Part shown: in pieces, positions 18,744-30,075 of the stretch
How positions within the stretch are numbered: the stretch's first letter is position 1
Layout: each line of letters opens with the position of its first letter
Source: Synechococcus sp.
GTDB taxonomy: Bacteria; Cyanobacteriota; Cyanobacteriia; PCC-6307; Cyanobiaceae
Length of the DNA: 64,000 nt
Assembly (NCBI GenBank): GCA_047285535.1
Contig: JBJBDC010000001.1
Coordinates: 136-64,135 of the forward strand
Direction of reading: 5' to 3'
Notes under the pieces: model-generated
Seen by the model: only the letters and a program-made list of their open reading frames with translations
Databases searched by the model: none
What the model was told of the DNA's origin: nothing
Program-made: the position numbers and the translations under genes

Positions 18744-19616
18744 GTGTCATTGGAGGCTAAGGCAGAGAAGCTGATCACCAGTCGACGCAATCCGTTGGTT
18801 AAACGACTGCGTTTTTTGTCGTCCCGTGCAGGGCGTGATCAATACCGTGTTGTTTTGTTGGAAGGGACCCATCAACTTCAAGAGCTGACACAACGTTCTT
18901 GGTCTGGTTCCGTCTCATTTGAAGTTGTGGCTACGCCGTCTTGGCTGGAGGCTCATGGCGGCTTGCTCAGCTCCTTGCCTGGGCCTGTGCATCTACAGCT
19001 GATGAGCAACGAAGCGTTGCAAGCCGGCTTATCCACGGTCCAGCCCGATGGAGTTGCTTGTTTGCTTCCGTTGGACTACTTGCCCCCTCAGGTTTTGATG
19101 CCTGATTTTGTTTTGGCTCTCGATCGAATCCAAGATCCTGGGAACCTAGGTACCTTGCTCCGAACCGCTTTGGCTGCTGATGTGCAGCAGGTCTGGTGTG
19201 CTTCCGGTGCAGATCCGTTGTCGCCGAAGGTGGTGCGATCTGCCGCAGGAGCGATCTTGAATTTGCCTGTCAAGCGCTTCAGCCCCAATCCGTCAGAAGC
19301 TGTGGAGCAGCTGGCTGAACGACTGGAACAAGCTCGACGAGCTGGGCTTCAAATTGTGGCCACTGTGGTGCCAGATGCGCTGGCGAATGTATGCGTTCAG
19401 CCCTATTGGGAGTTGGATTGGTCGCTTCCCACCGTGCTTCTTCTCGGTAACGAAGGTTCAGGTTTAGATCCCTTGTTGCAGGACTGTTGTTCTCATGGAG
19501 TGACCTTGCCCCATAGCTCAGCGGTTGAATCCCTGAATGTGGCTGTTGCAGCGGTCCCTCTCCTTCTCGAGAGGCGACGGGCGAGAATGACGTCTTCAAC
19601 GCAGAAGATCGGGTGA
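18744..19616 (+). CDS. TrmH/SpoU-family RNA methyltransferase
   Basis: LDRIQDPGNLGTLLRTA, GNEGSG, VESLNVAVA motifs. Confidence 0.93.
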   Translation: MSLEAKAEKLITSRRNPLVKRLRFLSSRAGRDQYRVVLLEGTHQLQELTQRSWSGSVSFEVVATPSWLEAHGGLLSSLPGPVHLQLMSNEALQAGLSTVQPDGVACLLPLDYLPPQVLMPDFVLALDRIQDPGNLGTLLRTALAADVQQVWCASGADPLSPKVVRSAAGAILNLPVKRFSPNPSEAVEQLAERLEQARRAGLQIVATVVPDALANVCVQPYWELDWSLPTVLLLGNEGSGLDPLLQDCCSHGVTLPHSSAVESLNVAVAAVPLLLERRRARMTSSTQKIG

Positions 19617-21058
19617 ACGACGCCAGTTTCGACTTCGATGTGATTGTGATCGGCGCCGGATATGGCGGTTTCGACGCAGCCAAACATGCAGCCGAGCATG
19701 GCCTCAAGGTGGCTGTCCTTGAATCCCGTGATATGGGCGGCACTTGTGTGAACCGCGGCTGTGTGCCCTCCAAGGCTTTGCTCGCTGCCAGTGGCAGGGT
19801 GCGTGAGCTGGCCGATGCAGAGCATCTTGCAGGGTTTGGCATCCATGCGGCACCAGTGCGTTTTGAACGTCAAAAGATTGCCGATCACGCCAATCAACTG
19901 GTCGCCACGATTCGAGCCAATCTCACCAAGACTCTGGAGAGGGCAGGTGTCACCATTCTTCGTGGTCAAGGTCGGTTGGAGGGTCCCCAACGCGTTGGTG
20001 TGCGTGAGCACAGTGGAGTGGACCGAGTCCTGACGGCTCGCGATGTGATCTTGGCGACAGGTTCTGACCCCTTTGTTCCTCCAGGTATTGAAACGGATGG
20101 CAGGAGCGTGTTTACCAGTGATGAGGCCGTCAACCTTGAATGGCTGCCCCGGTGGATTGCGATTATTGGCAGCGGCTACATCGGACTTGAATTTGCTGAT
20201 GTCTATACAGCTTTGGGCTGTGAAGTGACGATGATTGAAGCCCTTGATCGGGTGATGCCGACCTTTGATCCAGATATTGCCAAGATTGCGGCCCGTAAGT
20301 TGATTGATGGTCGCGATATTGATGCTCGTTCTGGGGTGTTGGCTCAATCCATCCAACCTGGATCACCGGTGCAAATTGAGTTGGTGGATATGACTACCAG
20401 AGAGCCCGTTGAGACCTTGGAAGTGGATGCCGTGCTCGTCGCGACAGGCCGTGTTCCGAGCAGTCAGCATCTCAATCTTGAGTCTGTTGGAGTGCAGACC
20501 AATCGGGGTTTCATTCCTGTCGATGACAAGATGCGCGTGTTGCTCAATGGAGCACCTCTACCCAATCTCTGGGCTGTTGGTGACGTCACTGGGAAGTTGA
20601 TGCTCGCGCATACGGCTGCGGCACAAGGTTCAGTGGCAGTGGACAACATTCTTGGTCACGCGCGTCAAATTGATTACCGCAGCATTCCTGCCGCAACCTT
20701 TACTCATCCAGAGATCAGCTCAGTGGGTCTGTCAGAAGCTGATGCCAAGCAACTTGCCGTTGAAGAAGGCTTCACGTTGGGCACTGTGCGGAGCTATTTC
20801 AAAGCCAATTCAAAGGCGCTTGCCGAGTTGGAGAGTGATGGTTTGATGAAGTTATTGTTCAACAAAACTAGCGGCGAGGTGCTTGGGGCCCATATCTACG
20901 GTTTGCATGCAGCTGATTTAATTCAGGAGATTGCCAATGCTGTGTCTCGTCGTCAAAGTGTTCTGCAGCTCGCCTTCGAAGTTCATACCCATCCCACCCT
21001 TAGTGAGGTGATAGAAGTAGCTTATAAACAAGCTGCATTGCAAGTTTCAAAGGCTTGA
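19613..21058 (+). CDS. lpdA: Dihydrolipoyl dehydrogenase
   Basis: GAGYGG FAD motif, GGTCVNRGCVPSK redox disulfide, HPTLSE. Confidence 0.96.
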   Translation: MNDASFDFDVIVIGAGYGGFDAAKHAAEHGLKVAVLESRDMGGTCVNRGCVPSKALLAASGRVRELADAEHLAGFGIHAAPVRFERQKIADHANQLVATIRANLTKTLERAGVTILRGQGRLEGPQRVGVREHSGVDRVLTARDVILATGSDPFVPPGIETDGRSVFTSDEAVNLEWLPRWIAIIGSGYIGLEFADVYTALGCEVTMIEALDRVMPTFDPDIAKIAARKLIDGRDIDARSGVLAQSIQPGSPVQIELVDMTTREPVETLEVDAVLVATGRVPSSQHLNLESVGVQTNRGFIPVDDKMRVLLNGAPLPNLWAVGDVTGKLMLAHTAAAQGSVAVDNILGHARQIDYRSIPAATFTHPEISSVGLSEADAKQLAVEEGFTLGTVRSYFKANSKALAELESDGLMKLLFNKTSGEVLGAHIYGLHAADLIQEIANAVSRRQSVLQLAFEVHTHPTLSEVIEVAYKQAALQVSKA

Positions 21059-21081
21059 GAAGAACAAACATGCCAACATTA

Positions 21082-21435
21082 TTATAGTTTCCAGGTTGTC
21101 GCTATAACGATGTTTGCTAAAACTAAGAAGCTTGCAAGATAATACCCTGCTGGCCAATTGCTTCTCCTGATGCCAATGGTTGCAATGGCGCAAAGGCTAA
21201 TAGCAATAGATAATTTAAGTGCAATTTTTGTTTGAATGATCGTTTGTGCGATTGCTGATGTGTCTTGAATGAATGCTAGTAATAATCCGCTTCCAAGTAC
21301 GATGAAGGCCCCATATAATTGGATGCGATTGATTGTTTTCTTCGATTTTGGTATTTGCTTTAATGAGCCAATAATCAGTGATATCATCCCTAGGGCGTGG
21401 AATACGGTTGACGTTATAAAGAGTGTATGATTCAT
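21082..21435 (-). CDS. Small multi-pass (about 4 TM) membrane protein
   Basis: 117-aa ORF with four hydrophobic stretches, co-oriented and abutting the ABC permease. Confidence 0.65.
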   Translation of the reverse strand: MNHTLFITSTVFHALGMISLIIGSLKQIPKSKKTINRIQLYGAFIVLGSGLLLAFIQDTSAIAQTIIQTKIALKLSIAISLCAIATIGIRRSNWPAGYYLASFLVLANIVIATTWKL

Positions 21436-21438
21436 CTT

Positions 21439-22299
21439 TTAGCTCAGTTTCCTGTGAAGTAAAGGCCTGACAAGTGTTAAAGTGGCGACAGTTAATGTTA
21501 GTAAAATCCAAATGCAACTTCCGGCAGAAATATCGCCAAATGGAGCTTGCAAAACGATAGTTGAGACGGTTACTGGACCTTGATAAGCCGCTCTGATTGG
21601 CTCGATGGCATAGGTCAAGGGATTCAGGCAAGCCAGCCATCTCAACATCACAGGCATGAATTCAAGAGGAGCTAATGCTGTGCTTGAAAAAAGAAGTGGT
21701 AAGTTGATTAGAAATGTGATCGCTAGAAGTTCGATGTGTCCAGGAAGTGCGAAGGCAAGTCCTAAACTTAATGCTGTGACTCCAATCGTGAGAATAGATA
21801 GAGTAACAATTGTCGTTAATGTCCCCATCCCAGATGGCCACCCATAGCCTAATAATCCTGCTGCAATCATGATGATGATGCTTTGGATAAGGCTGATGGC
21901 TCCAATGTGAGTCACCGATGCAAGGATGACAGAGCTTCTTGAGCGGAGAGGAGCCACAAGAACTCTGTTTAAGAACCCAAATTCACGGTCAAACATCACC
22001 GGAAGTCCAGCATTGAGAGCTCCACTGAATGCGGTGAAGACGATCAGGCCTGCTGTAATAAAGTTTCCATATCCAAGGCTGTATGGTAAAAAGCCTTTGG
22101 GTGCATTGCTGAAGAGTGCGCTGAATAGTATTAACCAAATGAGAGGTTGTATGATCCCGATGAGGAAAGATGAGGGCCTTCTTTTTAGTTGCAAAAACTG
22201 ACGCATGCTTAATGCGCGTGTTTCTTGCATACGTTCTTTTCCGCTTGTTGCAAGCTTCTGAAGAATTGCTTTGGGTCTGGGAGAGGAAAGGCTTGTCAT
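21439..22299 (-). CDS. ABC-2 type transporter permease (Ycf38-like)
   Basis: QETRAL..RQFLQLKRRP, MFDREFGFLNRVLVAP, LNPLTYAIEPIR. Confidence 0.88.
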   Translation of the reverse strand: MTSLSSPRPKAILQKLATSGKERMQETRALSMRQFLQLKRRPSSFLIGIIQPLIWLILFSALFSNAPKGFLPYSLGYGNFITAGLIVFTAFSGALNAGLPVMFDREFGFLNRVLVAPLRSRSSVILASVTHIGAISLIQSIIIMIAAGLLGYGWPSGMGTLTTIVTLSILTIGVTALSLGLAFALPGHIELLAITFLINLPLLFSSTALAPLEFMPVMLRWLACLNPLTYAIEPIRAAYQGPVTVSTIVLQAPFGDISAGSCIWILLTLTVATLTLVRPLLHRKLS

Positions 22300-22321
22300 T
22301 GTTTCTTGAATAATTTGATCT

Positions 22322-23410
22322 TTAGCGCATTGATTGCTTGCGTTCCTTTCGCAAGTCTCTTGTTCCCACGGTGGCAAGCTCAGCGTCGATTAGGGTTCTA
22401 CCAGTTGATCGCAGGTAGACGTCATCAAGGCTTATTTTGCTGTTGCTATATGAAAACAAGGGAAGGCCTGCATCACGGATGGAATGAATGATTTCAGGAG
22501 TTTTTTCTTCCTTGTTCAAAATAACTGTTAGTGCATATCCCTGGCATGGGTTGATGATGATTTGTTCGACACCACTTTTCCCTTTCAAGATAGAGCTTGC
22601 TAGCTTGGCTTCTTCCGGAGTGCAAAACTCTTTCGTTCTAATAATTAATTTCTCTTTGCCGATTTTTTCTTTTAATTGTGATGGACTGCCTGTGTCTATA
22701 ACTTTCCCTTTGTCGATAATTGCAATTTGATCGGCCAGGGATTCGGTTTCATCCAGTTGGTGGGTGCTCATTAAGATCGTTCTCCCTGCATTGACGCACC
22801 CCTTGAGAATGTTCCAAATCAGATGGCGGCTTTCGGGATCTAAGCCAACGCTTGGTTCGTCCAAAATGAAAATCTTAGGATTGTGTAAAAGTGCGCAGGC
22901 CAGTTCCAGTCTTCGACGCATACCTCCGGAGTAGGTTCCTGTTTTCCTTTTTATCCAGTCTCCAAGATCCAGTTGTTCAATAACAGTCTCAATGCGTTGT
23001 TTGCGTTGACGCCTAGAAAGGTGATGCAGATCAGCTGTGAAGCGAAGGTGCTCTTCTCCTGTCAATATTTTGTCGATACTTGCCTCTTGACCTACAAATC
23101 CAATATGTTTTCGAAGTTCGCGGGGGTTTTTGTGCGCATCAATGCCGTCAATGATTACGCAGCCAGAGTCTGCTGACGTAAGAGTCGCCATGATGCGCAA
23201 GGTACTTGTTTTGCCTGAACCATTTGGACCGAGGAGCGCAAAGAAACATCCATGGGGAACTTTAAGAGAAAGCCCGTTAACAGCCTCAATATTTTTATAA
23301 GTTTTTCTTAAACTGTCAATTTGGATGGCGTAAGAGTTGTTTGGGGATTCGCAATCGTTCTGGGGCATGACTCCTCTGCGTATGTTCTGTTTAGAATGGT
23401 TGATGTCCAA
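22322..23410 (-). CDS. ABC transporter ATP-binding protein (DrrA-like)
   Basis: GPNGSGKT, YSGGMRRRL, ILDEPSVGLDP, SLDDVYLRSTG. Confidence 0.92.
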   Translation of the reverse strand: MDINHSKQNIRRGVMPQNDCESPNNSYAIQIDSLRKTYKNIEAVNGLSLKVPHGCFFALLGPNGSGKTSTLRIMATLTSADSGCVIIDGIDAHKNPRELRKHIGFVGQEASIDKILTGEEHLRFTADLHHLSRRQRKQRIETVIEQLDLGDWIKRKTGTYSGGMRRRLELACALLHNPKIFILDEPSVGLDPESRHLIWNILKGCVNAGRTILMSTHQLDETESLADQIAIIDKGKVIDTGSPSQLKEKIGKEKLIIRTKEFCTPEEAKLASSILKGKSGVEQIIINPCQGYALTVILNKEEKTPEIIHSIRDAGLPLFSYSNSKISLDDVYLRSTGRTLIDAELATVGTRDLRKERKQSMR

Positions 23411-23798
23411 ATTGTTGTTTATTCTTTGGAGCTGATGTATAAATAATCTCCTTGGAAATAGTGCATGATTTTTTTGAAAGCTTCTTGTTGCTGTTCAAGG
23501 GCTGAAAAGCCTCCATTGTGGGGCGGGCGAAATTGTTTTGCTCTTGGGTTGTTGTGCTGAAGATGATTGCTGGAGTTGAAGAAAGTCATGCCGAGCTCTG
23601 ATAAAGGAACCAACCAAAGAACTCTCTGAGTAGCTCTCTGATGTTTAGAACTTATTGATAAACGTCAGGATGATGCGAGGTGATTTGAGTAAGTGCTCTT
23701 TTCGTACAGTGTTTACGATTTTTGGACAGTCCACTGTTTGCCGCTTTAACCGACGTCATTGATCTACGCTGTTAAATTGAGTACCTCGACTGGGGTTG

Positions 23799-24683
23799 AT
23801 GGAAATCCGTCGCCGTCCGCCCAATCCAAAAGTTCAAGTTGCGCATCTCGAGTACGCCGTTCCCCACCAGGACAGCGAGCCCCGCAACATCCTCGAAAAA
23901 ATTGTTTGGGACAAAGATCGAGAGATCACTGTTGCTCGAGAGCGGATGCCTTTGGAGGAGTTGCGACGCAAGGTGGCTGAATTGCCCCAGCCCCGTGATT
24001 TCATTTCAGCATTGCGCGCTGCATCAGTGATGCCTGCGGTGATTGCTGAAGTCAAAAAAGCAAGTCCCAGTAAAGGCGTGATTCGGGAGGATTTCGATCC
24101 AGTGGCGATTGCACGGTCCTATGTATCCGCTGGAGCCAGCTGTCTTTCGGTCCTGACGGATCAATCTTTTTTTCAGGGAGGGTTTGATGTATTGGTTGCG
24201 GTTCGCGATGCCGTGGACCTCCCCCTCCTTTGTAAGGACTTCATCATCAGCCCCTATCAGCTATATCAGGCTCGGGCTGCTGGAGCAGATGCTGCTCTTC
24301 TCATAGCAGCGATTCTGTCGGATCAAGACCTTGCTTATTTGGGCAAGGTTGCCGCAACCCTCGGCCTAACGGTTTTGGTGGAAGTGCATGACTCTGGAGA
24401 GATGGAGCGGGTGTTGGCTCTTGGTGGATTTGTTTTGATTGGAGTCAATAACAGGGACCTCACCAGTTTTGAAACTGATTTGACGACCACAGAAACGCTC
24501 ACAGCTGAGTTTGCTGAGGTATTGGCTGCTCAACAGATCCTATTAGTGAGCGAATCAGGTTTGTGTCGCCGTGCTGATCTCGATCGCGTTCAAAGTGCTG
24601 GAGCTCAGGCCGTTTTGGTTGGTGAAGCCTTAATGCGTGAAGATGATGTGGAGTCTGCGCTCACAACCTTGATTCACGGTTGA
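23799..24683 (+). CDS. trpC: Indole-3-glycerol phosphate synthase
   Basis: [38 protein letters not shown]. Confidence 0.96.
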   Translation: MEIRRRPPNPKVQVAHLEYAVPHQDSEPRNILEKIVWDKDREITVARERMPLEELRRKVAELPQPRDFISALRAASVMPAVIAEVKKASPSKGVIREDFDPVAIARSYVSAGASCLSVLTDQSFFQGGFDVLVAVRDAVDLPLLCKDFIISPYQLYQARAAGADAALLIAAILSDQDLAYLGKVAATLGLTVLVEVHDSGEMERVLALGGFVLIGVNNRDLTSFETDLTTTETLTAEFAEVLAAQQILLVSESGLCRRADLDRVQSAGAQAVLVGEALMREDDVESALTTLIHG

Positions 24684-24811
24684 ATGCGTTCATGAGATCA
24701 ACTGACTGTCAGTTTGCATGGAATGGTGCGGCCAACATCCACTTGTAAGAAGTATCAGTCAGCACCCAACATGCTCTGTCCGGCAGAATTGATGGAACTT
24801 GGGATTCCGAC

Positions 24812-25480
24812 TTGCTGATCAGTGTTCTGACGGGGTTTGCTGCAGGAGCTGTGCACGTTGTTGGTGGAGCCGATCACCTGGTCGCAATGGCTCCTTTTTC
24901 GCTTAGGCGGCCGGTCGAGGCGATGAAGTCAGGAATGGCATGGGGAGGCGGCCACTCTCTCGGTGTCGTCTTGCTGGGCATCGTTGCGATTTTTTTTAAA
25001 GATTTGATCCATGCCGAAAGCATGTCGGCCTGGGCCGAATTCTTAGTGGGTGTGTCGTTGCTCTTGATTGGCGCTCTGGCCATTCGAACAGCGTTGGGTT
25101 TGGAGTTGCATACCCATCATCATCATCATGATGGCTCTGCTTTTCATCGCCATCTCCATCTTCATTTTCGCGGCCAACATCACCATCGCCGTCACGCGCA
25201 TGCTGCATCAGGGCTTGGTTTGCTTCATGGTTTGGCGGGTGCTGGTCACCTTGTTGCAGTCATCCCAGCCCTTGCCTTGCCGGTTCATGGTGCCATTCTT
25301 TATTTGATTGCTTATCTCTGTGGATCCATGGGTGCCATGCTCGCAGTGGTGAGCACCTTGTCCATGCTCACGATGAGAAGCAGCGCTCGTTTCCTTCCAT
25401 TCTTGGTGGGTTGTACAGGCGGGCTCTCAATTCTTACAGGTGCAATTTGGCTTCAAAAAACATCAGAGGTCTTGTTTTGA
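24812..25480 (+). CDS. His-rich nickel transporter (UreH/SodT-like NiCoT type)
   Basis: HVVGGADHL and GLLHGLAG motifs, central His-rich loop, adjacent to sodX/sodN. Confidence 0.85.
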   Translation: MLISVLTGFAAGAVHVVGGADHLVAMAPFSLRRPVEAMKSGMAWGGGHSLGVVLLGIVAIFFKDLIHAESMSAWAEFLVGVSLLLIGALAIRTALGLELHTHHHHHDGSAFHRHLHLHFRGQHHHRRHAHAASGLGLLHGLAGAGHLVAVIPALALPVHGAILYLIAYLCGSMGAMLAVVSTLSMLTMRSSARFLPFLVGCTGGLSILTGAIWLQKTSEVLF

Positions 25481-25885
25481 TTCCGTCGTTACGATCGCCA
25501 CAACTTCTCCGATCACGCAGCGTCTTGGAAGATCTCCCCAGTGCCTGCTGTCTGTACTGGCCTCTGGGCAGTCACCAAGAACTGTGAGCTCATTATCGAC
25601 TACAGCGTTCAGCCGTTTAATCACCCTGCGTGATGGCTGCTCAGGATGGGCACAAACAAGAATTCCACCAATCTTGGGGAGTGGTTCGTGCTGATTCAGT
25701 GGCCTCAGAATGACGCGATCTTTGGGTTTTAGCGTTGGCCACATGGAGTATCCCTCCACTTGAAAGACGCGTCTACGACCAAAGAAAAGCAGCAGTAGGT
25801 CGAGTAGACCAACTGCTGCGAGGGATGGTTTGGGGTCTGGTGAGCTCGTCAGCTCAGGTTCAGGATGCAGTGACCCAGGCATCAT
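25463..25885 (-). CDS. sodX: Nickel-type SOD maturation protease (S26 family); start uncertain
   Basis: VEGYSMWPTL, VIKRL, GDCPEASTDSRHWG; immediately downstream of sodN. Confidence 0.9.
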   Translation of the reverse strand: MMPGSLHPEPELTSSPDPKPSLAAVGLLDLLLLFFGRRRVFQVEGYSMWPTLKPKDRVILRPLNQHEPLPKIGGILVCAHPEQPSRRVIKRLNAVVDNELTVLGDCPEASTDSRHWGDLPRRCVIGEVVAIVTTESKQDL

Positions 25886-26333
25886 TTCGGCCTTTGGACT
25901 GCCAGAACATGCCATGGATTTTTTCCACTGCTGCCATCAATTCTTCAGCTTTGGACTGATCGATATGCACCTTGCAAGCGCTGCACAGTTTTGCCGCTTT
26001 CCAGAATGTGTCGTGTAGTTCGGGAAAGGTCTCAAGGTGTTCGGGCTTGAAATAATCAGTCCAAAGGATCAATAGTTCTTTCTTGGTTTTCTGTGATTCT
26101 TCCTCCTTAATCGCGACGAAGCGAGAAAACGTGTTGTTGTAGGCCGCTAGAGCTGCCGCGTTCCCGGTGGCAGGGGCTTCCAGAGCCTTTAGCTTTTTGG
26201 TCATCGAAAGCACTGCTTCAGCGGCAATACGAGCAGAAGCAGGGTCGTAAACGCCACATGGACCGTCGCAGTGTGCTTCAACGGTTGAGGCGGGGAAGGT
26301 GCGAACGATCGCAGATAGAGCCGAGCGAAGCAT
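25860..26333 (-). CDS. sodN: Nickel superoxide dismutase precursor
   Basis: Ni-hook HCDGPCGVYDP after a 20-aa leader; LWTDYFK. Confidence 0.97.
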   Translation of the reverse strand: MLRSALSAIVRTFPASTVEAHCDGPCGVYDPASARIAAEAVLSMTKKLKALEAPATGNAAALAAYNNTFSRFVAIKEEESQKTKKELLILWTDYFKPEHLETFPELHDTFWKAAKLCSACKVHIDQSKAEELMAAVEKIHGMFWQSKGRNDAWVTAS

Positions 26334-26375
26334 CTGGTTTGAGCAGAAATTTCAGTTTGGTCGCCTACCTACGAA

Positions 26376-26990
26376 TTAGCTCTTGATGTCTAGGAGCTCA
26401 ACTTCAAAAATCAAGGTTGCGTTCGGAGGGATCACGCGGCCAGCACCACGGCTGCCATAACCAAGGTCTGGGGGAATGACCAACTTTCGCTTGCCTCCAA
26501 CTTTCATGCCTTGGACGCCTTCGTCCCAACCTTTGATAACCCGACCGGCCCCAAGGGGAAATTCGAACGGTTGGTCACGGTCGTAGCTGGCATCAAATTG
26601 AGTTCCATCTTCGAGAGTGCCGCGGTAGTGCACTTCTACCGTCTGGCCCGAGCTCGCGACATCGCCCGTGCCTTCAACGAGGTCGGTGATTTGGAGACCA
26701 CTTGCTGTGATTTGAGGTTTCACGGCTTCCATTGGACCTCCGAGGGCTGAAGCATCAGCCACGCTGGTCTCGGGAGCCATGGCAAACAACGTGGGGTTGG
26801 GGATGTCGGGATCGAGTTCCATTGGATTGCCCAAAGCCTGAACGGTTGTGGTTTTGGGACTCATTGCACTGCTGCCGGACACTGCCGAGGGGGATGCTGC
26901 AATCACTGTTGATGGAGCCACAAGTTGACTAATGAAAGCCACCAGTAGACAGGACACAAAAACGGCTGAACTAATCAAGATCTCGCGCAC
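26376..26990 (-). CDS. FKBP-type peptidyl-prolyl cis-trans isomerase
   Basis: [44 protein letters not shown] start at 26990. Confidence 0.93.
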   Translation of the reverse strand: MREILISSAVFVSCLLVAFISQLVAPSTVIAASPSAVSGSSAMSPKTTTVQALGNPMELDPDIPNPTLFAMAPETSVADASALGGPMEAVKPQITASGLQITDLVEGTGDVASSGQTVEVHYRGTLEDGTQFDASYDRDQPFEFPLGAGRVIKGWDEGVQGMKVGGKRKLVIPPDLGYGSRGAGRVIPPNATLIFEVELLDIKS

Positions 26991-27027
26991 AGAATTCTGT
27001 TCGTTTCCACTCAATTCTGGCAGTTCA

Positions 27028-27363
27028 TTATTCCTGACGCTCTCGCTGGCGTAATTGCTGCTCAAGACGATCGATTCTTCCCCGCAGTTCATCCAGCTCT
27101 CGCTGACTGGCTAAACCGAGATCCTGGATGAGGTTGTCGCGGTTGCGTTCCAGGTTGCGCTCCATCTGCTGCTCGAGTTCCGGTGTCTCTCCGCGTAGAG
27201 CCTTTAAAACATCATCAACTAGAGCAGAAGCATGATTGGAATCCAGACGACCACTGCTCACCCATTCCTGCGTGACGTAACGAAGTCTGTCGGCCACCAA
27301 TGTGGTGGTCCCTAGTCCGCGTAGCAGCAGCTGTTGCAGGGGATTAGCAGTATCCATAGCCAT
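27028..27363 (-). CDS. Conserved hypothetical (phasin-like, coiled-coil) protein
   Basis: [12 protein letters not shown]...[20 protein letters not shown]. Confidence 0.75.
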   Translation of the reverse strand: MAMDTANPLQQLLLRGLGTTTLVADRLRYVTQEWVSSGRLDSNHASALVDDVLKALRGETPELEQQMERNLERNRDNLIQDLGLASQRELDELRGRIDRLEQQLRQRERQE

Positions 27364-27408
27364 TCGGGAACGTATCGATAAGGATGGCTGTGGATTCCTC
27401 CTCTGACC

Positions 27409-28926
27409 ATGGGCAATGACCGATCCCTGGTGCTCCTGCAGGGGCTGATGGGTGGACTGCTTGCAGGGGTTGCTCTGACAGCTTCGGGCCCCTGGTGGAT
27501 GGTGCCAGCGCTTGCTCTGCTTTGGGCTGCGTCCTGCAGTGCGTTTGCTTCAGCGATTTGGGGAGGAGTGGCCGTCATGGTCAGCCATCGCTGGTTGCTG
27601 GCACTGCATCCATTGATGTGGATCGGAGTACCGGCTCAGTTGAGCCTGTGGGTTGCCATTGGTATTTGGCTGGCCTGTGCACTGTGGGCTGCACTTCTGT
27701 TGGCTGCTTGGAGTTGTCTTGTTCACCGCCTTCCTCTGCGGGGAAGTTTTGTCCATGCCGTGCTGGTCGCGGGGCTTTGGGGTTTGGCTGAAGTGGTTTT
27801 ATCTCAAAGTCCTCTGTTTTGGATTGGCGTAGGCGGTAGCGTTCTTCCAGCTGATCCACCTTTGGCTGCACTGAGTCGCTGGATTGGAGGCGGCGGACTT
27901 GCCGCATTGCAACTGTTGATTGGATGGTGGCTTTGGCGATTGGTGACGTTGTCTCGGCGTGAACCCGGTGGGATGAGACTGCTGGTAAGCGGCCTGATCA
28001 CTCTGTTGTTGCTTCACGGCCTGGGCGCGTGGGCCCTCGAGCGTCAGGGGAGTGTGCTTCGCCGATTCGACTTGGCCACACACACTGTTGGCCTGTGGCA
28101 ACCAGCGATTCCCACTCGCGAGAAATTTTCTGCACAACGGCAACGTGACCTTCCTCGTCGCCTGCAAGCTGTACTTCAAGAGGCTGAATTGGCTGATGCG
28201 GATTGGTTGATCGCTCCTGAAGGCACCTTGCCGCCAAACGATGTCTTGATGACGCCGTCTCCTGTGCCATTACTGAGCGGTGGATTTCGCTGGGAGAGGG
28301 GACGTCAGCGCAGCGCCATGGTGTTGGTCGAAGCGGGTTCAACCACACCAGTGGCCTGGATCGATAAGCATCGTTTAGTGCCTTTAGGAGAATGGGTTCC
28401 ATCCTGGGCTGGCCTCAGTGGCCTTTCTGCCATTGGAGGATTGGAGGCTGGAGATCCATCGCGTCTTTTTCGGTGGAGCGGACCACCAGCAGCAGTTGCC
28501 ATCTGTTATGAAATCAGTAACGGAGCGGCACTGGCTCGTGCTGTTGCTGATGGAGCTGAGTGGATTCTTGCTGCAGCCAATCTCGATCCCTACCCCCTTC
28601 TCCTGCAGAAGCAATATTTGGCTCTGGCTCAGCTGCGGAGTATGGAAATGGCCAGACCGCTGCTTTCGAGTGCAAATACTGGACCAACAGCGATGATTCG
28701 AGCTAATGGGCAAATCGCAACCCGTTTGCCATCCTTTGATCCAGGTCTTTTGGTGGTGCCGTTTCAGTCCACCCCTGGGTTGACAGGGTATGTGCGCTGG
28801 AGAGAGGCACCACTCCTTTTGATGATCGGGGTGTCAACCATTGCAATGATCAGATTGGTGAGTCGATCAGACCTCCGCCCAACACGGCCTCGCCCGCGTA
28901 GAACACCGCGCCTTGACCAGGAGTAA
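27409..28926 (+). CDS. lnt: Apolipoprotein N-acyltransferase
   Basis: Multi-TM N-terminus; [20 protein letters not shown] nitrilase-fold motifs. Confidence 0.92.
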   Translation: MGNDRSLVLLQGLMGGLLAGVALTASGPWWMVPALALLWAASCSAFASAIWGGVAVMVSHRWLLALHPLMWIGVPAQLSLWVAIGIWLACALWAALLLAAWSCLVHRLPLRGSFVHAVLVAGLWGLAEVVLSQSPLFWIGVGGSVLPADPPLAALSRWIGGGGLAALQLLIGWWLWRLVTLSRREPGGMRLLVSGLITLLLLHGLGAWALERQGSVLRRFDLATHTVGLWQPAIPTREKFSAQRQRDLPRRLQAVLQEAELADADWLIAPEGTLPPNDVLMTPSPVPLLSGGFRWERGRQRSAMVLVEAGSTTPVAWIDKHRLVPLGEWVPSWAGLSGLSAIGGLEAGDPSRLFRWSGPPAAVAICYEISNGAALARAVADGAEWILAAANLDPYPLLLQKQYLALAQLRSMEMARPLLSSANTGPTAMIRANGQIATRLPSFDPGLLVVPFQSTPGLTGYVRWREAPLLLMIGVSTIAMIRLVSRSDLRPTRPRPRRTPRLDQE

Positions 28927-30025
28927 TCGAAAACTGTGGTTCATCGAAGGTCAGCTTGCAGCGATGAGGGCGCTCGTTTGCCACATCGTCAGCATTGGCT
29001 TCGGTGCACATGAGATGGGCACGAACTGGCTCGCTTCGATAGCGAACTTGAACGTCAACTTCCATCTCTGAACCAAGGTTTGGCGGTGCGATCGACACCC
29101 AATTCACAGCGCCGACATCGCAGCCTGATCGTCCTGCTTCAGATCGGGTTGCAACCACGACCCGGTTCATGGCTGCATCGAGTTTGACGACGTGGAGCGG
29201 TTCACTCCAGGCGATTCCTAATCCTTTGCGCTGCCCGATGGTGAAATGTTCGATTCCGTCATGTTGTCCGACAACCGTTCCATCTTGCAGAACGATTTCT
29301 CCATCGCGTGGGGGCAGGTACGCATCCAGAAAAGCGCGCATGGAGCCATGGTGATCGGCCAAGCAGAGGTCCTGGCTTTCTGGTTTTTCTGCGGTTCGTA
29401 AACCGTAACGGCTTGCCTCCAGGCGCGTATCGGCTTTGGTGAGTTCACCCAAGGGAAACACCACGCGAGCCAAGACCTCTTGGGGGAGGTCATAAAGGAA
29501 GTAGCTCTGGTCTTTGCGCTTGTCCCTTCCTCGCAGAAGCTTCCAGCGCTCATCCCCGAGGTCAAGACGGATGCGGGCGTAGTGCCCGGTGGCGACCCTG
29601 GGAAGATTACGTTCGCGTTCAGCCCAGTCGAGCATCGGCCCAAACTTCACTGCTCTGTTGCACTTCGAACAGGGAAGGGGGGTAATGCCCGCTCGATAGC
29701 CCTCCACTAAGCCTTGAACGATTTCGCGAACAAACGTGTCACGAGAATCCACCACATGGTGGGGGATGCCCAGCTGTTCGCAGATTCCGGCCGCGTCCAC
29801 CAGACCCTCAGCACAGCAAGCGCCCTTCCCACTCATTAGCCAAAGTGTCAGGCCTTCCACCTCCCAGCCTGCCTCCACCATTAAGGCGGCGGTCAGTGAG
29901 CTATCAACACCACCCGACAGCCCAACGGCCACACGGTGTTCCCCTGGCCATTGGCGCAATCGTTCCAGGGCTTCGGCACCGGCTGGAGTTGCGGTAAGGG
30001 TTTGAATGTTGGCCTTGGCCGGCAT
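28850..30025 (-). CDS. mnmA: tRNA-specific 2-thiouridylase
   Basis: [40 protein letters not shown]. Confidence 0.96.
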   Translation of the reverse strand: MPAKANIQTLTATPAGAEALERLRQWPGEHRVAVGLSGGVDSSLTAALMVEAGWEVEGLTLWLMSGKGACCAEGLVDAAGICEQLGIPHHVVDSRDTFVREIVQGLVEGYRAGITPLPCSKCNRAVKFGPMLDWAERERNLPRVATGHYARIRLDLGDERWKLLRGRDKRKDQSYFLYDLPQEVLARVVFPLGELTKADTRLEASRYGLRTAEKPESQDLCLADHHGSMRAFLDAYLPPRDGEIVLQDGTVVGQHDGIEHFTIGQRKGLGIAWSEPLHVVKLDAAMNRVVVATRSEAGRSGCDVGAVNWVSIAPPNLGSEMEVDVQVRYRSEPVRAHLMCTEANADDVANERPHRCKLTFDEPQFSITPGQGAVFYAGEAVLGGGLIDSPI

Positions 30026-30075
30026 GGGCGGACATCGCCGTCTCTCTCCATAGTGAGGTCCCAGGTGAATTTGGC

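Noticed and set aside
19279..20356. Long antisense ORFs (187 and 287 aa) and similar shadow ORFs over other core genes
   Set aside because: Antisense shadows of conserved genes such as lpdA.
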